Assembly: GCA_049582005.1 (NCBI GenBank)
Contig: JBAUTB010000142.1
Span: 1-63,709, forward strand
Origin: Gloeobacterales cyanobacterium
GTDB taxonomy: Bacteria > Cyanobacteriota > Cyanobacteriia > Gloeobacterales > PMM-0068
DNA length: 63,709 nt
Direction: 5' to 3'
A program made the translations under genes and the position numbers. Positions 57,819 to 63,709 of the stretch are shown here, in pieces (positions within the stretch are counted from its first letter, which is position 1; each line of letters starts with the position of its first letter). The notes beneath the pieces are model-generated. The model worked only from the letters and a program-made list of their open reading frames with translations. It did not search any database and was not told where the DNA came from.

Positions 57819-60800
57819 ATGAGTACAGTCATTTCAAACCCAAGGATTGTTGCGACCCTGGATGGTGATGAGGCCGTAGCCTCCGTCGCCTATCGTCTGA
57901 ATGAAGTGATTGCCCTCTATCCGATTACCCCTTCCACCCCTATAGGCGAATGGGCAGATGCTTGGGCCGCAGAGAGAAAGCCTAACCTCTGGGGTACGGT
58001 CCCTTCGGTGGTCGAGATGCAGTCTGAAGGCGGGGTCGCAGGCGTAATGCACGGGATCTTACAAACCGGATCGCTGGCTACTACCTTTACGGCATCCCAG
58101 GGACTCCTGTTGATGATTCCCAATATGTACAAGATTGCTGGGGAACTGACGTCTACGGTCTTTCATGTGGCAGCCCGTTCGGTAGCGTCCCAAGCGCTAT
58201 CCATCTTCGGGGACCACAGTGATGTGATGGCTACCCGCGCTACAGGTTTTGCCCTGCTGTGTTCGGCCTCCGTGCAGGAAGCCCAAGATTTTGCCCTAAT
58301 TGCCCAGATGGCCACCCTGGAATCGCGGATTCCGTTCTTGCATTTCTTTGATGGCTTCCGCACCTCCCATGAGATTGCCAAAATTGAACGGTTATCCGAT
58401 GATGACCTGCGGGCGATGATCAATCCGCAACGGATTCTAGAACATCGCGCCCGTGCCTTATCGCCGGATCATCCCGTGCTGCGGGGGACCGCCCAAAATC
58501 CAGATGTCTTCTTCCAGGCGCGGGAAACGGTGAATCCTTTCTACACTGCCTGCCCGGAACTTACCCAACAGGCTATGGACCAGTTCGCCCAGATTGTCGG
58601 GCGGCAGTACCACTTGTTTGAATATTATGGAGACCCTGACGCAGAGCGGGTAATCGTACTCATGGGGTCTGGCTGTGAAGCCGTCCAGGAAACCGTAGAC
58701 TTTCTGAACCAGCAAGGTGAAAAGCTCGGCTTAGTCAAAGTGCGGCTCTATCGACCCTTTGACACCCATCGCTTTATCGAAACGCTACCGATAACGACGA
58801 AAGCGATCGCTGTCCTAGACCGCACTAAAGAACCGGGCAGCACCGGTGAACCCCTCTATCTAGACTGTGTTGCTGCCGTCTATGAAGCCCTCAAGGCCAA
58901 ACCTTTTTTAAAGGGGATCAATCTCGTCGGAGGGCGCTATGGTCTATCCTCCAAAGAATTCACCCCCGCCATGATCAAGGGGGTTTTTGACAATCTTACG
59001 CAAGAGCATCCTAGGAACCATTTCACGATCGGCATCCACGATGATGTCAGCCATGCCAGCCTACCCTATGACCCAGAATTTTCGACAGAATCGGATCACA
59101 TGGTTCGCTGTTTGTTCTATGGCTTGGGCTCCGATGGCACCGTTGGAGCCAATAAGAATTCAATCAAAATCATTGGGGAACAGACCAATAACTATGCGCA
59201 GGGCTATTTTGTCTACGATTCCAAGAAATCAGGTTCAGTAACGGTTTCCCATCTTCGGTTCGGCCCTGAGCCAATTCATTCCACCTATCTGGTGAGCCAA
59301 GCCAATTTTGTAGGCTGTCACCAGTCGATATTTCTCGAACGCTTTGATATGCTCCAACCCCTGGTCCCAGGAGGGACCTTCTTGCTGAATACGGCCTATG
59401 GGCCAGAAGAAGTCTGGGAAACTCTGCCGCAAAGGATGCAAGAACAGCTAGTACGCAAGCAGCTGAAGTTCTACGTCATAGATGCCCATAAAGTGGCCCG
59501 TGAAAGCGGCATGGGTCGGCGGATCAATACGGTAATGCAAGTCTGTTTCTTTGCCCTTTCGAACATTATGCCCAGAGACGAAGCAATTACCGAAATCAAA
59601 CGATCGATCCAGAAAACCTATGGCAAGAAAGGCGATGAAATTGTTCAGATGAATTTGAAGGCGGTGGACCACGCCTTAGAACATCTATTTGCCATAGAAA
59701 TCCCGAAAAACATCGTAAAAATCCCAGGTCGCACCCCTGTAGAGGCGCGATATATCGCGTCTCTACAGGCCCCGGTGCCCAATAACGCCCCTGTCTTTGT
59801 GCGGGATGTTCTAGGCAAAATGATTGCCGGACAGGGGGATAGCTTGCCAGTCAGCGCCTTACCAGTGGATGGAACCTACCCTACAGGGACGGCCCGATGG
59901 GAAAAACGCAATATTGCCCAAGAAATTCCGGTTTGGGACCCGGACGTCTGTATCCAGTGCGGCAAATGCGTGATGGTTTGTCCCCATAGCGTCATTCGGG
60001 GCAAGGTGTATGCGCCTGAAGTCTTAGATGGAGCACCTTCAACGTTTAAATCTTCAGAGGCCCGCGACCACGACTGGCAAGGGCTGAAGTTCACCATTCA
60101 GGTTGCGGCGGAAGACTGTACAGGGTGCGGGATCTGCGTGGATGTCTGCCCGGCGAAAAATAAATCTATTCCTTCACTCAAAGCAATCAACATGCAGACG
60201 CAAGCCCCCTTGCGCGAGCCAGAGCGGGAAAACTGGGACTTCTTTTTGAGCATCCCTAATCCAGACCGCCGCCACCTGAATACAACGGTCATTCGTCAGC
60301 AACAGATGCAAGAACCCCTCTTCGAATTCTCCGGAGCCTGTGGAGGTTGTGGAGAAACGCCTTATATCAAACTGGCCTCCCAGCTATTTGGCGACCGTAT
60401 GCTGGTGGCTAACGCCACAGGCTGTTCTTCGATTTATGGAGGGAACCTACCGACCACACCCTGGACCAAAAATGCGGAAGGGCGAGGACCGGCCTGGTCC
60501 AATTCTCTGTTTGAAGACAATGCTGAATTTGGGCTGGGCTTTCGTCTGTCCCTCGATAAGCAGCAGGAATTCGCTACCGAGCTGTTGAAAAAGTTGTCCG
60601 GGGACCTTGGAAACGAACTGGTTCAGACGATTTTGAACGCAGAACAAAAAGATGAAGCAGATATCTATGAACAAAGGGAGCGGGTGGCCGTCCTCAAGCA
60701 GCGATTGCACGCCATAGATTCTAAAGAATCCGAACAGCTATTGAGCCTGGCTGACCTGCTCGTCAAAAAGAGCGTCTGGATCATTGGCGGTGATGGCTGG

Positions 60801-61445
60801 GCCTATGACATTGGATTTGGGGGCTTAGACCATGTGCTGGCCAGTGGTCGGAATGTGAATGTCTTGGTCCTCGATACGGAAGTCTATTCCAACACAGGAG
60901 GACAAATGTCCAAAGCAACTCCCCGTGCCGCCGTTGCCAAATTCGCAGCGGGCGGTAAGCCCGCTCCCAAAAAAGATCTTGGTCTGATGGCGATGACCTA
61001 TGGCAATGTCTACGTAGCGAGTGTCGCTATGGGGGCCAGGGATGAACACACCCTCAAAGCCTTTCTGGAAGCTGAAGCCTACGAAGGCCCTTCGCTGATC
61101 ATTGCCTACTCCCACTGCATTGCCCACGGCATCGATATGGCTACGGCCATGCAAAATCAGAAAGCCGCCGTCAACTCAGGCCAATGGTTGCTCTACCGAT
61201 TTCATCCCGAAAGGGCAGAGCGGGGTGAAAATCCTCTCCAACTAGACTCCCGCGCCCCGAAAATTCCCCTTGAAAAATATCTCTACCTGGAAAACCGTTT
61301 CAAAATGCTGACCAAGAGCAGTCCAACAGTAGCCAAACAGTTACTCGAAGAAGCCCAGAATGATGTGGAAGACCGCTGGCATCTGTACGAATACTTGGCA
61401 GCGCGGGGCGCTCAAGCTCCTACGCAAGGGGGACAACCCGAATGA
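57819..61445 (+). CDS. nifJ: Pyruvate:ferredoxin (flavodoxin) oxidoreductase
   Basis: A single-chain PFOR of about 1200 aa. It has two ferredoxin-type motifs ([24 protein letters not shown]) and a TPP domain ([16 protein letters not shown]). I chose the ATG at 57819. Confidence 0.95.
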   Translation: MSTVISNPRIVATLDGDEAVASVAYRLNEVIALYPITPSTPIGEWADAWAAERKPNLWGTVPSVVEMQSEGGVAGVMHGILQTGSLATTFTASQGLLLMIPNMYKIAGELTSTVFHVAARSVASQALSIFGDHSDVMATRATGFALLCSASVQEAQDFALIAQMATLESRIPFLHFFDGFRTSHEIAKIERLSDDDLRAMINPQRILEHRARALSPDHPVLRGTAQNPDVFFQARETVNPFYTACPELTQQAMDQFAQIVGRQYHLFEYYGDPDAERVIVLMGSGCEAVQETVDFLNQQGEKLGLVKVRLYRPFDTHRFIETLPITTKAIAVLDRTKEPGSTGEPLYLDCVAAVYEALKAKPFLKGINLVGGRYGLSSKEFTPAMIKGVFDNLTQEHPRNHFTIGIHDDVSHASLPYDPEFSTESDHMVRCLFYGLGSDGTVGANKNSIKIIGEQTNNYAQGYFVYDSKKSGSVTVSHLRFGPEPIHSTYLVSQANFVGCHQSIFLERFDMLQPLVPGGTFLLNTAYGPEEVWETLPQRMQEQLVRKQLKFYVIDAHKVARESGMGRRINTVMQVCFFALSNIMPRDEAITEIKRSIQKTYGKKGDEIVQMNLKAVDHALEHLFAIEIPKNIVKIPGRTPVEARYIASLQAPVPNNAPVFVRDVLGKMIAGQGDSLPVSALPVDGTYPTGTARWEKRNIAQEIPVWDPDVCIQCGKCVMVCPHSVIRGKVYAPEVLDGAPSTFKSSEARDHDWQGLKFTIQVAAEDCTGCGICVDVCPAKNKSIPSLKAINMQTQAPLREPERENWDFFLSIPNPDRRHLNTTVIRQQQMQEPLFEFSGACGGCGETPYIKLASQLFGDRMLVANATGCSSIYGGNLPTTPWTKNAEGRGPAWSNSLFEDNAEFGLGFRLSLDKQQEFATELLKKLSGDLGNELVQTILNAEQKDEADIYEQRERVAVLKQRLHAIDSKESEQLLSLADLLVKKSVWIIGGDGWAYDIGFGGLDHVLASGRNVNVLVLDTEVYSNTGGQMSKATPRAAVAKFAAGGKPAPKKDLGLMAMTYGNVYVASVAMGARDEHTLKAFLEAEAYEGPSLIIAYSHCIAHGIDMATAMQNQKAAVNSGQWLLYRFHPERAERGENPLQLDSRAPKIPLEKYLYLENRFKMLTKSSPTVAKQLLEEAQNDVEDRWHLYEYLAARGAQAPTQGGQPE

Positions 61446-62437
61446 ATCTGACGACAACCTATATGGGATTAAGGCTGCGGACGCCCCTCGTGCCCTCGGC
61501 CTCCCCTCTCTCAGAAGAAATCGACCATATCAAGCAGATGGAAGAGGCCGGGGCGGCAGCCGTGGTCATGCATTCCCTGTTTGAAGAGCAGTTGCGCCTG
61601 GAACGCTATGAATTACACCATCACTTGACCTATGGGACAGAGAGTTTTGCCGAGGCCCTTACCTATTTTCCAGAACCCACTCTCTTCCATGTTGGACCGG
61701 AAGCGTATTTGAACCATATTGAGCAAGCGAAAGCATCGGTGGACATCCCCATCATCGCTAGCTTGAATGGTTCGACCGTAGGCGGTTGGACGGACTATGC
61801 CCGCCAAATCGAGCAGGCTGGAGCGGATGCCTTGGAACTCAACATCTACTATGTGCCTACGGATATGGAATTGACGGGAGAAGCCATTGAGCAGACCTAT
61901 CTGGAGATCCTCAAAGCCGTTAAATCGGTGGTGACGATTCCTGTGGCGGTCAAGCTGAGTCCGTATTTCAGCAACATGGCTCATATGGCTAAACGTCTGG
62001 ATAGCGCAGGGGCTGATGCTTTAGTCTTGTTCAATCGCTTTTATCAGCCGGATATTAACCTTGAGACCTTAGAAGTGGAGCCGAATGTGCTCTTGAGCAC
62101 GCCCCAGTCGATGCGCCTACCTTTGCGCTGGGTTGCTATTCTCTATGGCCATATTCAGGCTGACTTGGCAGCCACGAGCGGTATTCATAAAGCCACCGAT
62201 GCTCTGAAGATGCTGATGGCAGGTGCCGACGTTACTATGCTCTGTTCGGTGCTCCTCAAGCATGGCATCGCTCAGATTCGGGTGATTGAAGAGGAAATGC
62301 GGGCTTGGATGGAAGAGCATGAATATAGCTCTGTCCAGCAGTTGCAGGGCAGCATGAGTCAGCAAAATTGCCCAAACCCCAGTGCCTTCGAGCGTGCCCA
62401 GTATATGAAGGCGCTCCAGAGCTACAAACCTGTTTAG
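61442..62437 (+). CDS. Dihydroorotate dehydrogenase-like (class 1 DHOD/DHPD TIM-barrel) protein
   Basis: [10 protein letters not shown], the PVAVKLSP-type block ([12 protein letters not shown]) and ALVLFNRF are present. The ATGA overlap with the nifJ stop marks translational coupling. Confidence 0.8.
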   Translation: MNLTTTYMGLRLRTPLVPSASPLSEEIDHIKQMEEAGAAAVVMHSLFEEQLRLERYELHHHLTYGTESFAEALTYFPEPTLFHVGPEAYLNHIEQAKASVDIPIIASLNGSTVGGWTDYARQIEQAGADALELNIYYVPTDMELTGEAIEQTYLEILKAVKSVVTIPVAVKLSPYFSNMAHMAKRLDSAGADALVLFNRFYQPDINLETLEVEPNVLLSTPQSMRLPLRWVAILYGHIQADLAATSGIHKATDALKMLMAGADVTMLCSVLLKHGIAQIRVIEEEMRAWMEEHEYSSVQQLQGSMSQQNCPNPSAFERAQYMKALQSYKPV

Positions 62438-62446
62438 AGAGGAAAG

Positions 62447-63514
62447 ATGGGACATAAACGAGTTGGCATTCTCACGAGCGGAGGGGATTGTCCTGGCCTC
62501 AATGGGGTGATTCGGGCGGTGGTACAACATGCCAAGCTGACCTATGACTGGGAGGTGATTGGCATTTCCCATGCCACCCAGGGCCTGAAGTCCCGTCCTC
62601 CTAAAACGGCGGCCTTGAATCTGCACTGTATGGATATCCATGGAATCGATCCTTTACTCAGCATGGGAGGGACTTTTCTGGGGACGGTCAGTAGGGGAGA
62701 CCCTTTTGATGAAGCGGTGATCGAAGGCTATCAGCTTATGGATTTGGATGCCTTGATTGCCATCGGCGGGGATGGCAGCTTAAAAATTCTCCGTCAGCTC
62801 GCTCAATCAGGGGGCTGGAACTTGGTGGCCATCCCTAAAACGATTGACAATGACGTGGCCCTGACAGAACGCTCCCTAGGTTTTGATACCGCAGTCAATA
62901 CGGTCACCGACGCTCTTTTTCGCTTAACCTATACGGCGGCTAGCCATGACCGGGTGATGATTGTGGAGACTATGGGACGAGAAGCGGGGTATCTCGCACT
63001 CCATGCGGGGATCGCTGGGGGCGCAGATGTCATTTTGATTCCTGAAATTCCTTATTCTCTCGATCACGTAATGCGCCACATCGTAGAGCTGCGGGACAAA
63101 TGGGGTCGTGAATTTGCGATGATTATTGTCGCCGAAGGGGTGAAACCGAATTCAGGAATACCATTAGAAAAAAAGAAAAGCTCTCTTGATGGAATTGGAC
63201 ACTATATTGCCGACCAGATTAAGCAAACTAGTCTAGAAACCAACACAGAGGTTCGGGTTACGGTCTTGGGCCATGTTCAGCGAGGAGGCCTCCCTTCGGC
63301 TTTAGATCGTTTGGTCGCTGCAAGCTTTGGTAAAGCGGCTATAGATTTGATTGCTCAAGAGAAATATGACCGTATGGTCGCCTGGCAAAATGGGCAGGTT
63401 GTTGACGTTCCGTTAGAGGAAGTTATTGACCAGAGTCCATTGCCCGTGAATCCCCATAGTTTCCTTGTTCAAACTGCACAAGCTTTGGGGATTTATGTGG
63501 GCAATCTTCTCTAA
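62447..63514 (+). CDS. pfkA: ATP-dependent 6-phosphofructokinase
   Basis: Contains GILTSGGDCPGLN, IGGDGS, PKTIDND and MGR.AG. Confidence 0.92.
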   Translation: MGHKRVGILTSGGDCPGLNGVIRAVVQHAKLTYDWEVIGISHATQGLKSRPPKTAALNLHCMDIHGIDPLLSMGGTFLGTVSRGDPFDEAVIEGYQLMDLDALIAIGGDGSLKILRQLAQSGGWNLVAIPKTIDNDVALTERSLGFDTAVNTVTDALFRLTYTAASHDRVMIVETMGREAGYLALHAGIAGGADVILIPEIPYSLDHVMRHIVELRDKWGREFAMIIVAEGVKPNSGIPLEKKKSSLDGIGHYIADQIKQTSLETNTEVRVTVLGHVQRGGLPSALDRLVAASFGKAAIDLIAQEKYDRMVAWQNGQVVDVPLEEVIDQSPLPVNPHSFLVQTAQALGIYVGNLL

Positions 63515-63640
63515 AGATTGAGAATCCGCATCTTGTATTTGAGCTGACCTGCTAAAACTGAAAGCCTAATGCATTTGTATAGATCCCACATTCCGCAGGT
63601 AGGGATTTAGAATGAGGTATTTTTGACCCCCTGCAAAGTT

Positions 63641-63709
63641 ATGAGTTCGCCAACTAACGAGATTCAAGTTCAAGATATAGACCATTTGGGCATTGTCGCC
63701 GGGATAGTG
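63641..63709 (+). mobile_element. 5' end of a transposase gene (DUF4277-type N-terminus, IS4/IS1634-like), truncated by the window edge
   Basis: MSSPTNEIQVQDIDHLGIVAGIV matches the LDHLG(I/L)VAG N-terminal signature as I remember it from cyanobacterial IS transposases. Only 23 codons are visible. Confidence 0.45.

Overview
The window reads as a cyanobacterial chromosomal segment, roughly 50% GC by eye, densely coded on both strands. I found no rRNA, tRNA or CRISPR array by eye.

Housekeeping content:
- The str operon (rpsL-rpsG-fusA-tuf-rpsJ).
- dnaX, mnmA, chlM, cysK, glgA, the adk-map-infA group, pyrR, queG and htrA.

Four larger modules stand out:
1. A complete nine-gene N-type (alternative F-type) ATPase operon, atpD-C-Q-R-B-E-F-A-G, at 26.5-33.3 kb. 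It sits in a GC-rich block strongly enriched for the HIP1 palindrome GCGATCGC, which points to lateral acquisition.
2. A fermentative redox cluster at 52-63.5 kb. It holds the bidirectional [NiFe] hydrogenase genes hoxE-F-(cupin)-U-Y-H, divergent from nifJ (PFOR). nifJ is translationally coupled to a dihydroorotate-dehydrogenase-like gene and followed by pfkA.
3. A small accessory islet at 19.9-22.7 kb. It holds a GNAT/DUF1778 toxin-antitoxin pair with a perfect 29-bp palindromic operator, a decayed DUF433 gene, a Uma2 nuclease, a TM2 protein and an AT-rich orphan.
4. Two compact, poorly understood pairs. One is a ParA-type ATPase with a Gln-rich coiled-coil partner that carries a C-terminal Trp and a 96-bp in-frame tandem repeat (McdA/McdB-like). 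The other is an AT-rich divergent pair of a CMAS-family methyltransferase and a membrane desaturase.

I also see a candidate yybP-ykoY (Mn2+) riboswitch in front of a single-domain UPF0016 gene. Another gene fuses a DICT domain, a degenerate HD-GYP domain and pentapeptide repeats, and it is tightly packed between a DUF2993 gene and fbp.

All calls rest on reading the supplied ORF translations and the nucleotide sequence. No database search or RNA-folding computation was run.
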